From Ramazzottius varieornatus (Eukaryota; Animalia; Tardigrada), in assembly GCA_001949185.1 (NCBI GenBank), contig BDGG01000003.1:1648725-1712724 (forward strand): 64,000 nucleotides of DNA. The letters run 5' to 3'. Made by a program: the position numbers and the translations under genes. The notes beneath the pieces are model-generated. The model was not told the origin of the DNA. It was given only the letters and a program-made list of their open reading frames with translations, and did not search any database. This document shows positions 22,849 through 36,152 of this stretch, one piece after another. Positions within the stretch are counted from its first letter, which is position 1. Each line of letters opens with the position of its first letter.

Positions 22849-25800
22849 ATGGTACTACGGTCTCACTTTTTCGCGTCCCTACTTTTGGGCCTTCTCTTCT
22901 GCGGCTCCGGTGAGCTCGAATTCAATGAACTTACAGTAGTTCCTGGACCGCATGCCTGTGTCCTAACATTTTTGAAATACCTACCTGCTGTTTTACAGAT
23001 GAATCAGCAGCGCATGATGAAACCACACCGGGAAGTACCACCAAGATGCCAAAATGCCCTTCTGTACCATTCAACTGCACTTTCAGCGATAAGGCTACAC
23101 CCCTATGCGTCTTCACTTCCTTGTCGGAAGATTCCGCCTGCAAGTGGCGTCAGAATGAGGGTCCAAGCCCAAATTTCCCCAACACTGGACCACCTTCAGG
23201 CCATATATCTAAGGATACCGCTGACGGTTATCTGTTATTTGAGTCTAATAAGTGCACTAAGACTGAAACTACAGCCACCATAACCACCAAAATCGACAAT
23301 GCACAAATCGAAAAGCCATCGCAGTGTCTGAAATTTTATTACTTTATGTATGGCGGCCCGAATTCTCTCGATGTCACCGTCAAGTTTAAAACCGGCGAGT
23401 ACTGTAACTGCGACGCACTAAGCCAACGTGTACCTACGTACTCTCCGTGTGAACAATCTGTTTTCCAGGAGTAGAAAGAAAAGAGTTCCACCGAGAAGGA
23501 AATCAAGGCCGCCGTTGGTTTCCGGCCTATGTTACAATCGACAATCCACAAAATGAAACCTACAAGCTATCTTTTACTGCGAAAGCAAGAGACAATATTG
23601 TTCACTCGGAAACGAATCTGGGAGACATTGCGATAGATGACATCGATTTTAGCGATGGTGGCTGTAAAGCCACCAAGGACCTGTGTGATTTTGAAAGCGG
23701 CAACCTGTGCGGCTTCACTTCAGATACTTCAGCGACTGGTGCAAACGTCGCATGGACCTTGACAAAAGCGGGAAACTTGAGTGCGTCTTTCGGAAAGATC
23801 AAGACCGACCATACGTTCCAAACTTCTGAAGGTAACTCGTGGTGTGACAAACAACTGCGCGACTTGAACAACTTCCTCAAGCTCAGAGTTTCATCCGTTT
23901 GTTCTGTTTTGTCTCCAGGTCATGTTGCCTCTTGCGAGATCAAAGGAGATGAAGTTGCCCGACTTGTCAGCGAACTGGTTAACACTACGGAGACCAAGAA
24001 TTATCATATTACGTTCTGGTATCAGATTGTCTCGCTGGGGCAGATGAGCCTGCGGGTCAATTACATCACCGGGGATTCCCTACCAGCACCTATTCAATGG
24101 GATGAAACTATCCCAATATGGTCTATCAACAACACCTTTTCGCCCTACGCTGGATGGAACTTTGCTTCAGTCATAGTCCTCGCAGCTGGTGAAGGTCGGG
24201 CAGATAAGCTTGTCTACGCTTTTGAAGCCTCAGAGAGTGTTCGCGAGGGAGGTCGCGAGCAAGTATACAGTTTTGTACTGGACGACATCACCGTAGTGAT
24301 CAGTGATGACGACCCGTACAACCCCCCCAACTGTGACTTCGAAAACGGCGAGTGCGGATGGACTGCAGCGGGACCAAACAACAACATCGGGAATAACTGG
24401 GTGAATTTCAAGGCCGAATACAACCTTGGAGAATATGGACCTTATGCCGACCACACCAGAAATTCTTCTAAAGGTATGTGATCCTTGCGACCAGAATTAT
24501 TACACGCACCGTTTCACGTTTTAGAGTGCCGGCCTATTTCTAGGCCATTTCATGATGTTCAGTTCGGACTACGAGTCAAACCCCGGAGCGGTTCAGAAAG
24601 GGTCGCTCTGGTCGCCGAAGGTATCTCGGCCTAGGTCGGCCACCGTTTGCTTTTCTTTCTGGCATTACACGTACAAAGACCGTGGAGCTAACATGGACCT
24701 CAGCTTGACACTGCATGAGCCGGCTCTTGGTGCATCAGCCGGAAACCGGACGCTGATCCAGCTTACTGACCCGCCGCAAAATCGATGGACTTTCGTGAAT
24801 GTTTCATTCGAAGCCAGAGGAGACTACCAAGTTGTGTTCGACAGTAGCTTCTTCAACGCCTCCAGAGGCAACGTAATTGGTAAGAGTTACGCCCACCCGC
24901 GACACTCCGGTAAAGTGCTTGGTTTTTCGTGTCCTAAAAACCGGGACGTCGGCAGATGGACTGAGCGTTATCGCTATCTCAAGTGGCGCGCGTTCCCATT
25001 GTTTGGGCTGGAGGTGTGCGTCGTTTCGGAGAACGATCACGGTCAAGTCATTTCCCGACTTCCGAGCTTAACACTGTGGCCCTTAATATTGTCCCTTAAC
25101 GAAACTTGCTCGATTCAGTTGAGTGATCGAGTGCTACTCTTTACAGCACTGGATGACTTCCAGGACAAAGAAGGTGCTTGTGATGTCCACTCTGGAACCT
25201 TCAAATGCACCAACGGCGATGCAATACCCTATGCGGAAGTGTGTAACGGACGGTACGACTGCAGGAAGTCAGGTTCGAACGATGATACTAGCGATGAACT
25301 GATGTGCGGGAATTTTACTTCCTTGTCGGCAAACCATACCGACGCTGTCCTTAACATCACAAGTGCAACTGGCTACTTTATAACTAGCCCCACCAACTTT
25401 AAGTGGGTCTACACCCCTCACTGCGACACTAGTGACACCACGGAGGACTGTCGGTACCCGACATCTGGGCATAACGATACGTTCAACCTGGGGTATTTCA
25501 AAGCCGACTTTGCTGATTCGCCCAACGCAACATCGACTTATACCTACCTCCATAGCCCGACAATCCATCGCCTGTTTTCCACAACCAGCCTGTCATTCTG
25601 GTATAATATCTACACGCCTAGACCGGAAAACCATAGTGATACGGGTGCATTGATCGTGTCACTGCAGATGATTTCCACCAAGACAAGCATAGCGTTGGTC
25701 GATGTCACAGCCATTAATGACAGTGATCAACCATTGTCACACTGGCAGCATCATAATGTGACGGTTGGGCGTATAGAAGGAGAGTTTCACTTCCTGTTCC

Positions 25801-28500
25801 AAGCAAGAAAAGCACGGATTCACCAAGGTTTCATTGCGATCGACGAGATTCTGATTGAGGATCGCATGTTACCGGTACCCGACCCTGCCGACGAGATTGC
25901 ATGCAAGAATAAAACGCTGTGGCATTGTGACGTGACGCGTATCTGTATTGAGCAAGACAAGAGGTGCGACTTCACGGATGATTGTGGTGAACGGGAAGAC
26001 GAGAGCGAGACAGACTGTCAGAAGACTCATCCTTTCCGGTGTAGCTTTGACGATGAATCCTTATGCGGGTTTTGGAAAAACGATCATCCGAAATCTGATG
26101 TGCGATGGATACACACTGCGTCTCGCACACCGACTGGTACGTTTCATTTGGGGACTTCGGCGAATGAATCCACTCAGATCGTTTTCCAAGCGGCGCAGGT
26201 TTCCATTGTTATTGGCTGAGGCCGTGCGCCACTGGGAAAAACGATCCAGGTGAATTCAATTGCTGACCGTCCGTTTCTTCATATCAGGTGCGGAAGTATG
26301 ACTTGTTACTCCTCCGACGAGAATCTTCAAAAATTTCTCCTGACTTCGAACCTCGGAAATTTTGATCAGTTATCCACCCATACTAGCAAGGTACATTCAT
26401 TTTTATGGCGTCGTGTTCGTGCCTTTACTGTAGCAGTATGGGGAAGATAAAAGATAAACTCTCCGCAGCCATTTTTTGCAGCCTCTCTGGAGAAAATGTT
26501 TCTCTCACTGGAGGTGCTCTAATTTTGCGATATGGTGATGGTCCGTCAGGATAGGATCCTGACTTTTTGGTGTCAGAAGAAGAGTTTCCAGTTTCACCTC
26601 CTGCAGTTTTGCGGAAGCGTTTTGAACAGTGTGCACTCTAGAGCTGACTTGCAACAGTAGTGCTCTGAGTTAACTGAATAATTTCGTTCAGTGAACGACA
26701 ATTGTTTTTATCATTTTTACCCGTTCCAGAGAGGTCTAGTCCACAGTTATCGCTATGCTGGGCAGAACGATTTACAGCGCTTTACACTATAAGATAGCAA
26801 CCAGACAGTGACCGTAGTTTGCCTTTGGTGCCGCTCGCGATTCGATATTTTCTGCGGCATTTCCGCTGTTTCGAGACATTTCAATTTTTGCTTCAGAATG
26901 TCTTAAAAAGTCCATTCTTTGTCACCGGTAACAACGTGACTTGGGGATCGGTTCGCTGTCATTCAGGAATTTGAGGTTATGGAAAGCCAAATTCTGCGTT
27001 CATCGTAAGGTGCGCGAGGTAAACGGGGAATCCGATTCCACAACTGTTTTGTCTTCCCGTTTTGTCCGGATGTCCAGCAAAGATTTAGTTAGACACCTTA
27101 GAGCCTCATTGCCAGTTGCAAGATTTTACCAGAGTTCGGGGAGAATCGGATTCAACAGACTCCCCGAGCCTGTTATTGTCCAACGGCAGTTTCGGTCTTC
27201 CGTAAAGGGTGACTTCCGACCTAGAAATCTCCAGAGCTGAGAAGAATTACCCAGCCTCAACGGTTTAGCTAATGGCTTCTATATCAAGAGAAACAAAGCA
27301 TATCTTCGCGCCTGTGTGGGATGCGCTGAAGCCTTGAGAAAATTCGAACAGATGAATCACTTCAGATTTTGGCTATCCATGATTCCGAAAAAAACATGCC
27401 TGCCCTACCCCGGAGCTGAAAAACTTGGGTTAATGGAACGCCAAACGATAGCTAGGAGTTGACAAAGTGACTGGGAAAAAGGCGCAGGACAAAACGACAA
27501 GGGGGAGTGTAACTATGAATTTTTGAAGTTAGGGTTTTCAAGGAGTAACAAGTCATACTTCCGCACCTGATACGTATACTGTAGCCGAGTACGTAGTCGA
27601 ACTGTCACAGGAAATTTTCTCTGTTTTGCAGCGTATTCAGGGCCGTTGCGAGACCATACTACCGGGCTAAAGGGTGGCGGTTACATCCATGCGCCTTCCG
27701 TTAACGGCAGTGTTCTGGAACGACACAAAGCCGTACTTTACAGTCCCGTCTTCGCCTCTACAGAGGAGAACGGTCATTGCTGGATGCGCTTCTACTATCA
27801 CATGTTCGGCGAGCATATGGGATCTCTGGAAGTGATCACCGGGATAGAAAGCTCGCCCAACTTCTCGTCTCCACTATTCAACGCAAGAGGCAATCACGGT
27901 GACCACTGGCTTCGAGGTTCCGTGAACCTTGTCAGCTCAGCGCCTTTCCGTGTAGCTTTCATCGCTACAGTTGGAGGCGTCAGAAGCGACCTTGTACGTC
28001 TCCAAAACAGCTTCTTGAGTAGCACAGAATGCAGCCAAAAGCGCTTAGAACTTTCTTCGTAGGCACTGGACGATATTTCTTTTAGTCCAAAATGTCGGCT
28101 GTATGACACCTCGACAGTTCCGACGCTTCTTCCGGTAACTAGTACAAGTCGTCCAATCGATCTTTCAAGTGCAAGACCCGGTACAACCATACAACCAACT
28201 TCGACAAATCCAGCTACGGGTTATACCGTAACAGATAGTGTCAAGTCGACGGTTTCTTCAGATACCACGAGCTCGAACCCTGCTACCCCTCCGGTGGAGC
28301 AGGTACCCTATGGACTCGGAGGCGGCGCCATCGCCGGTATCGTGATAGGGCTTCTAATTGTCCTGGCGGGAGGCTTTGTTCTGTTGGTCCTTTACAGCAG
28401 GAAAGGTACCTCGGGGTCCATTATGCCTAGAGGTGTCTGGAGCAGGGACAGGAGTACTAACTACGAGGAGTTTACCGACACAGAAAATCTGGAACTCTGA
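22849..28500 (+). CDS. MAM and LDL-receptor class A domain type I membrane protein (MALRD1/apical endosomal glycoprotein-like)
   Basis: Signal peptide; several MAM domains (CDFENGECGW, DHT, CFSFWH, IAIDDI); two LDLa repeats (FKCTNGDAIPYAEVCNGRYDC..SDE; WHCDVTRICIEQDKRCDFTDDCGEREDE); S/T-rich stalk; TM GAIAGIVIGLLIVLAGGFVLLVLY; short tail. Confidence 0.9.
26284..27570 (-). mobile_element. Full-length (1287 bp) mariner-like element with decayed transposase, in a MAM gene intron
   Basis: Perfect 30-bp TIR TCAGGTGCGGAAGTATGACTTGTTACTCCT flanked by TA. Minus-strand remnants RIPRL (WVPHEL), VVTGDKEWTF* (IVTGDEKW) and PKSQDPILTDHH (YSPDLAPSDYH). Confidence 0.88.
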
Positions 28501-29101
28501 TTTATTGACTCTGCATTTAAATTCACTTCACGTATGGAAACTGGAAAGTTGTCTTAGTTCATTGATGGTGAAAGATAGTACGGAACGATGGTGAACGATA
28601 CTACTTCAAAAGTCGTTCGGATAATATGGTCATGATAAATGAGACGTGGGCAAATGGACTCAACTAAATCGCCATCTTAAGAGGCGCACCTTTTCGTCCT
28701 TATCGACTGGAAATGTGCGCCACTCCAGAAGCGACCTGGCTTAGTTCATTTCCCACGCCTCAAAACGGGAAAGCAACGGATTAAATCACAAGCTTTGTAC
28801 AAAGACCTCTATAACAGTGAGAGGCACAAAATAACCGTAGGGCATCGTTGAACTGAAACACAAAAATGTAACGGTACAATGCGATGAAGTAAAACGTAAA
28901 GCTGCCTCAGCGTATGTGTTACAGCACCAGGAACCGACTTTGGCCACTAGAAAAGTAATCATAAATTCCGTCGAGGTTTTTTTAAGTTATCTCTGGTCGG
29001 AGTGGCTCTCGTGCATGTTCTTCCGTGTCCACACTACAAGGAGACGGATTTCAAGAAAAGGTAAAGAAGGAAGGAAAAGGGTACGGAGCACGGACTTACA
29101 C

Positions 29102-30745
29102 TTACACCGAATACTGATAGGGCTTGTCACGCCCTGCGAAGCGTGGCGCCACCACCGGACACAACCACCAGATCGAACACTGGTCCCCGAAAACCACACG
29201 TAAACCGTGAAACCGTTTCCGGCGCTGCCAAGTCCGCTCTTTGGAACTCTGAAGCTGCTCGATTCCCTGCAACAAGACAACGTCAGTCCTTCATTGCTTA
29301 TCATCAGAACACGAAAACAACCGGTTGATCCGGTGGATTACACAGCTTACAGTTTCATCGTTCCAGATGGCGCAAAATTGTGTACAAAACATGATAGTGG
29401 TAAAAAGAAAGAACAAGAGTCCTTCGAACAGAAGGAAGATCAATAAAATTATGGATGTTGGCGGATTCATGGCACTGCATCCTGCAACCAAAGAGATCAA
29501 ACCTAGAAGAACGAGAAATTTCTCCACGGGACAGTCATGGTTTCTTACCAGCGAACTCCTTGTCAACACACAAGACGAACTGATGTATGGTGAGGATGAT
29601 AGCATGAAGCGAAAGACTTGCAATGTACAGCTGTAAAAGTTACACCACGTTAGAACACTTTTTCAGAAATTCCAGTGGAATACCCAACGGAGACCCCGAT
29701 ACATTTCCTCGTCTCACCGTGAAAAGCACAAAGTATTTTTGATTATTTTCTCCCACGCAGTTGTTCACCTGTTGAAAAAACACATTAAGAAATATTGTTA
29801 TTAGTAATCAAATAAAAAAAGAGCGAGACACAAAAGCAGCTCGTGTACGGCGTACCCAAGGGCAATGATGGTCCATCTTCCTCACGCAACGTTTGCAGAT
29901 GCTACGAAACGGGCATGTTTTCAAAACTGTTTCCGAATCGGACAACCACTAGCCTATAATCTTCTGCTCGATTAATCCCTCCTTAGATTGAAGCGGGTAT
30001 GAAGAAAAGGCTCAGCCAGGAACCGCTGAGCAAGGATTTTCAAGGAAGTACTGTTACCTGCAATGATGTGCGCGCTCTGGCTTGATACATACGCACTTCG
30101 GGCAGCGCATGATCACCGTTCCCGGAGCCAGCTCCAGCTCCCTTATTCTCTCATCCGTTGCGGTGTTTTTCTGCACAATTCCCTGAAACAAAAAACGAGT
30201 TCATGACCGCAGGGAAAGTCAGCTGGAAGTGGAACCAGAACAAACAGATTCGAACAGTTGCACGCAGGTGCGTGACGCGATCTGCGCAGCATCTTGCGAC
30301 CCGGGTCAAGTCACGCGAAAACGGCAGCGAACCCCTAGTTTTTTACCAGCTGTCGCATTACGACACGCGCGAGTATCCGAACAATTCGTCGCCATCAGAG
30401 TTCATGTGCATATTCACCACTTACTGGCTCGCTCATGACTGTTCGGACATGAGAAACCACAGCGAGGAGCACTAATCCATTGAAGAGGATCCCGTTACAC
30501 CAAGCAAAGTAGATGGCAGCGCGGGCTATGGCAGAGTTGATGATAACGACATTTACGGCGAAGATGGCATATGCGATTAGTAGCCAGGTGAAGATACAGC
30601 AAACGATCCCGCAGGAATCACGAACAAACCAGTAGCGTCCAAAGCAGAGGTTGTTCCCATAATCTACACGGCTCCACTGTGTGGACTTCCGTCCGACAGA
30701 GATGAATACCTCGTTGTCGCGTGGAGGACGGGAAGGTGCATCCAT
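29102..30745 (-). CDS. ZDHHC3: DHHC palmitoyltransferase ZDHHC3/7 (GODZ)-like
   Basis: [80 protein letters not shown]|GIEQLQ. Confidence 0.92.
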
Positions 30746-31394
30746 CTTGCCCTACAGCCTAAGCCTGTAAGCCACAACGGTGAACATGCGCACAGGCTTC
30801 TCAGTGCCGTCACATGCGACTTTCCTTCTCAACCACGTAGCTTGTTGGCAGCTACATCCACGCACATGTATGCCATCCGTAAGCGATTACCCGAGAGGGA
30901 AGAAAGTAGATTTGAAATGAAACGGGAATCGAAGGATACGCCAACAAACAGCGACACTCACTTTGACGTCATTCGCGAAGTTCAATCCATGAAGCAGTAC
31001 GATAAGGCTGTGACTGTGAGTCAGGGTTTACTCTCAGAAGGTCAGGGGGAATCCCGTGATCCGAGTTCGCCCCGGCGTTGTTCTGTATGGTGGTCATGCG
31101 AACGTTCTTTACTCGTTACAGACTTCTCGCTCGTTCAAAAAGCCCGCAGAGCATTCCATAGAGAAAACATTTCTCGGTGAAGTCGAAAACGCGTTTAGGT
31201 TACTTGCAGGCAGTATGAAACGCAGAAGGCTAAAACAGGAACTCCGAGGAACCACAGTGGGACCGAGGCGAAGCTTGCTAGCAGGGATAACAAATGACAA
31301 GCGCCCGTAAGAGGCATTGTCCTGATTTTCGGTTACTTATCAGTGCCATGCAGAACTGAAGTGCTCAAACGGAAAACCAAACTAAGGGCGAGAG

Positions 31395-33255
31395 TCATTT
31401 GATGTCATCCTTGCCCACGGGTAAACGAGGGGGAGAACGACTATGCGAGCAGACTTGAGATGCTCCCCACCATCCCTGCAGGTCGTGGTAGACCTTGTGC
31501 TTCATGTTGTCGGCGTGGAGCAACCTGTCAACCAAAATCCAAATACAACGCCGGTTCGTGAACGAACAGGAAATGCCAACCGAATATCCAACTTCATGCA
31601 AGTATTTCTCACGCGCAAAGCCGGCAGTGGAGCTTCGTGTCGATCATCTCACCCGTTCCTTTCCACTGGAAGTACTGATTATATTCCGTATCATTCGCAT
31701 CGAGACGCAGTAGGTAGTCAGCAAGGTCCTTCGGCGAAGCGAAGTCCTGAACATGGATGAAAGACTTGTGAGGAGCCACAAACTCGTAATCAGTCCGCAA
31801 AGGACCCATCACAACTGGAAGTGCGTCGTTTCTACACGATCATATATAGTTATAATGGTCAAAGATTCTTAAGAATTTTACAATTTTCGAAGGACTCCAA
31901 ACTCACTCCAGGGCAAACCACAGCTTTTCCGTGATGTAATCCTTGCAGTTACTATTCTGGGGAAATACAGAAATACAGAAAATGGGAGCTGGGCAAACGA
32001 AGTGAGCCAGATGGTTGACTCAAGTGGCGCACGCTTTCGTTGTTATTAGCCGAAAACGTACGCCGCTTATGAAGACGATCTGGTTCAGTTCAGTCGCCTA
32101 AATTTCAAGTTTTTAATGCGGCAAAATGTTCTGTTCGTTTTTTTCTCACCTCGAAGGACAGGTAAAACTTGTACTCTTCCCGAAGTAACTTCCCTCCGCA
32201 CTTGCCCTTCTTGGGGCACTTCAGAGATCCGCAGGATCCATAAATATCCACCTCAATGTATTCCGCCAGCTCCCGGGCGTACTCCAGCCGTTTGTTCGCC
32301 GTCTGGCAGTTTGACACGAACCAAGCTACTTTCTTCTTACCGGCTTTCCTTCCCCCGTAGTCCAGGGCCTGTGGTTTTGCAAGGACTTTTGGGTCGTACA
32401 CTACCCATTTCCCATAGGGCGTCACCAGTTCACTGTCCAACCGATAACTGCAGCCAGAAGCGAAATCATTCACATTCAATAAGCTTGTACTCCTCTTGAT
32501 GATGATGAAGAAAACCTTACGTCGCAGTCCAGTTGATACGGCCATACAAGCGAGAGAACTCCGAAGTGTGGTGCGGTGACTCCAAAAGCGACAAGATCCA
32601 TACTTGGTCCGGAGGGCGAGTTGAGCCCTACCAACAGACACAAAAGATATCTTTCTGCAAAATGACCAAACTTTCACGTTATCTTGGTCGAAATACAAAG
32701 CGAGCTCACATAATGGATTTCAGATGGCGCGTTGTTTTTGAATAGAATCGCATCAGCCTCCGCTGACTTCGTCCAATCATAGGTGATCTTACAGTGGTTA
32801 ACCAGACACTTTTTCTTTACAAAACACGACCGTCCATGTCCCGGTCTTTCTAAGCCCCTCTCCGTCGAGAGAATCAGTTTTATCCTGGTAGGTTTCTTCT
32901 TCGGTCTGTACAACAGTTGGTTTTCGATGCGGTCGCTGTTCGGCTGCATCTTCGGCCAGAGATGCCATACTTCGTCTTGTTGGACAGGTGACACGTGTTG
33001 CATGCTGGCGTTCGTCAAGTACCATCTCTGCACCGGCGCGTCGTCCGCGTCCGTGTCCGGACCATCCTCTTCGAAAGGTAAAGTACGCTGGGGGTTCAGG
33101 CGAAGAGTAACGGAAATCATGATGTAGGTAGCTAATGCTCCCAAGGTGAAGATGCCAGCTAGACCACGCCGGCATGATCGCCTCCCGGAAGTGAAAATCC
33201 GTAAGATCAACTCAAGCTGTTTAGGGAAACTTTCGGGAAGGAACTTACTCCTCAT
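31395..33255 (-). CDS. Alpha-1,3-fucosyltransferase (GT10, FucTA-like)
   Basis: Type II TM; SYRLDSELVTPYGKW, KKVAWFVSNC, VDIYGSCG, YKFYLSFE|NSNCKDYITEKL, APHKSFIHVQDFASPKDLADYL. Confidence 0.93.
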
Positions 33256-33655
33256 GACGCACGAATGGCTCAGATCTACATGGTCATAATGCCTAAAATT
33301 CCCCCCAGACTGGCATCCGAACCTTCTGTCCGTCAGATATCACTACAAACGGGATATCTGCCACAAGACAGGTTTCGTTTTCTCAAGCAGAAAGAGCAAA
33401 TACACAGTAAATACTCAGAGACTGAAGATGGTACAATCTTTACTCTGAGCGACAGATACCGGCTTCAAGAGTTCAACAAACCGCGACAAAGCCCGCGAGC
33501 AAATCTTTGCAAATACAGGTTTGCATTGGAAGTATCAAGTATTAACCGCGATATTTCTTCTCAAAGCAACCGCAATAAAGCGCTTGGATCTTGGCTTCTT
33601 GATGACATTTTCTGGAGCATAAACTAAAAAGCGGGATTCGAATTCTGTCCAAAGA

Positions 33656-35013
33656 TCATAGTAAAGTGTTTTTCCACGATTTGGGCGGAGGTAGCGATAT
33701 CAAGGCGCTCATAAGACGGCTATCCACATGTGCGGCGGCTCTACACGCAGTCTGCAATGGAAGGAAAGTCCTTTCCGTGAACAGAGCGTTCCAGAAAAGG
33801 CTCGTATCTAGTTCAAAACTGTCAACAAATGATTTACCTCCATGGCTTCATCGATAAGGTTAAGTTCGAAGCCAAACTGTGAGCCTTTCCAGTCAGTGTT
33901 CTGATAGAACAGCGTACCCTTGCTGTTGGTCGCTATCACGACGGACGCATTGGCCGCCACTTGCTCTTCCTTTGTTACATCCACCAGGAAAACCGGACCA
34001 ATCTATCAGAGAGACACCAGCTGAGTAGTCAGAACACACTTGGTCGGGAATTCAGAGTACCATACTTTATGGAGGGAAGTAACAACGGGAACGGAAGTGG
34101 CATCCATCTGCCAGTAATCATACGGATCATCAGTAAACTCCACTTCGAACTGATCCAGCTCATCTTCGACCACCGTGACGTTGGCGAATTTTGTATCAAA
34201 GAGCGCGGCTTTTACTGCTAGGGAAGCAGCGTCGAGTAACGAAGTGCCTTTCTCGAATATCTGGAAAGGAATTATTTTTCACTGTACAGCTTTGCGACCA
34301 TCAAAACTAGTTTTCTGCTCACTATGAGATCGAAGAAGAGCGCCCAGCATTTCGACCCCTTCACAATGCAGAGTTTTCTTCTGTCGACACCACCAGATTC
34401 TTGATAGACGCTCTGAAGGATACTGCGAGCTTCTTGGGGACTGCGGGACTCGTCTTCCTCCTCGTCATGCTTGTGACTTGTCAGAGGCGAACTACAGAAT
34501 GCATCGCTACACGGAACACTTCCTCGTGATAAAATTAGACGGAGAGAAAAATTATTGGAATACCTGTCAATGGAAAATTCGATAAAACCGAAGTCAGGGT
34601 GGGATTTTGAGGGTGTCTTGATGGCAGTCTTCACAGTGGCCAGAACGCATGTTTCTCCCTGCAGAAGAACAGATCGATCAACAATCAGCCACGAATCCCA
34701 TTGTGACCACGAAAATAAGTGTGCTTTCACCAGCGTGACTCTTGCAGATCCGCTGGCGCTTAGGACTTCGCCGATGCTAATATGAATCGTTCTGTAATCC
34801 AGAGGGCCACGGCCATCGAGTCGGAAATCATAATCCTACAAGAAGAGTTAACTGAGCATCTGGAGAACAGGAGAGCCGGGCAGTGAGTGATCAGACGACT
34901 TGCTATCGTACGATTATGCCTTCCGATAGGAACTGTTGCTCGCTAGCATTGATGTACGAATCCTCACGTTCTTGCAGAACAGACTCGTCTTGCGCAGATC
35001 TCCTCTCTCCCAT
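33656..35013 (-). CDS. EXOSC7: Exosome complex RNase PH subunit RRP42
   Basis: Spliced EQQFLSEGI|DYDFRLDGRGPLDYR, SGSARVTL, ETCVLATVK, GFIEFSID, KLCIVKGSKCW, IGPVFLVDVTKEEQVAA. Confidence 0.85.
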
Positions 35014-35566
35014 CTCGCTATGTTTCGTTGTCTTGCAGATTTGGTACTTCTCGGGAAAACAGCATGATGGATGAAAGTCAAAATGTGTGGAATGATTGAT
35101 GATAGTTTACTTCCAGTGACATACTGTGAGTGATGTAATACTGCATGTTTTGTACATGATTATAATTTTACTGTCATGTCACACTGTACAGCATACCAAA
35201 GCCCTCGACGGGATTAACTTCCCCGACACAAAGACCGTGCCCACAGATGGAGTTGCTGACGTCCAAAGTTCTGACACCTGTCACTTTCCTGGTTATCCAT
35301 CCTTTCGCTACCATCACCCCTGAACAAAATCTCCATCAGGCTTGTCACGTTCTCATTTTACTGCTGCATAATAAAATATCCCCGATCGTTGTTCACACGA
35401 GAAGCCGCCGCGATACCAGCTCGTAAAACACTGATGAAACGTGGAATGAGAAGAAATGACAGATCAGTGACCAAGTAGACAATTGTGCAGAAGTTAATAC
35501 AGCAATTAGTTACAAGGAACGATTCCGGTTAGAAATTAAAATGACAACTGTGCAGGACGGAAGTTC

Positions 35567-35746
35567 CTACTGTTTCACCTCCGACTTGTAGGTGTGCTTC
35601 TCGGTTCCGTCAGCCTTGACCACGTGCTTCTCCTTGACGTGTTCGTTACATCCTCCACATCCGTCAGCAGAATGGGCGTCCTTCTTGTACTCGCTGGTCA
35701 TCTTGCCGTCCTTCACTTCGACCTTCGACTTGGTGTGCGACTCCAT
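35567..35746 (-). CDS. 59-aa hydrophilic Lys/His-rich microprotein with a CGGC motif, function unknown
   Basis: ATG-to-TAG ORF MESHTKSKVEVKDGKMTSEYKKDAHSADGCGGCNEHVKEKHVVKADGTEKHTYKSEVKQ; gaaATGG start context; 11 of 12 Lys codons are AAG; upstream TATAAAA. Confidence 0.75.
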   Translation of the reverse strand: MESHTKSKVEVKDGKMTSEYKKDAHSADGCGGCNEHVKEKHVVKADGTEKHTYKSEVKQ

Positions 35747-35862
35747 TTCTGCTGAACTTCGGGGGAACTCTGGAATATCTGGAAGAAAACAGGCGCAAGA
35801 TTGTAGATTAGCACAACAAAATTCTAAAAGCTTGTGACTTCAGCAATGGCGGTGGATAACGC

Positions 35863-35869
35863 TTTTATA
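35863..35869 (-). promoter_or_regulatory. TATA box for the microprotein gene
   Basis: GTATAAAAGC on the minus strand, about 115 nt upstream of the ATG. Confidence 0.6.
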
Positions 35870-36152
35870 CGTATTAGGGCAAGAAGGACGCGTCCATAGC
35901 TTTGAGGGCGTCAAAAAATGTCGGTACTTTCCATGGACCGCCTCTCTAAGCTTATCCGACTATCGATTTTATCATGCGGTAATTTTATCCGCATGACAAA
36001 CTCATTGTCAAGTGACTACCCGAGGCAATTTTCACGTAATAATCTGCATATACCGACAGTAAGGTTCTGCGAGAGCAAACAAGTCATCGAAACCGCTTTG
36101 TCAACACAATCTACTCTCTTCGGTGCCCACAGAAACATCAGCTGATAGCTAC

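Noticed and set aside
24552-26219. 555-aa ORF as a single exon
   Set aside because: It contains an in-frame GT-AG intron (24880-25146) and reads into the next intron; the MAM motif NVIA|LDD is restored by splicing.
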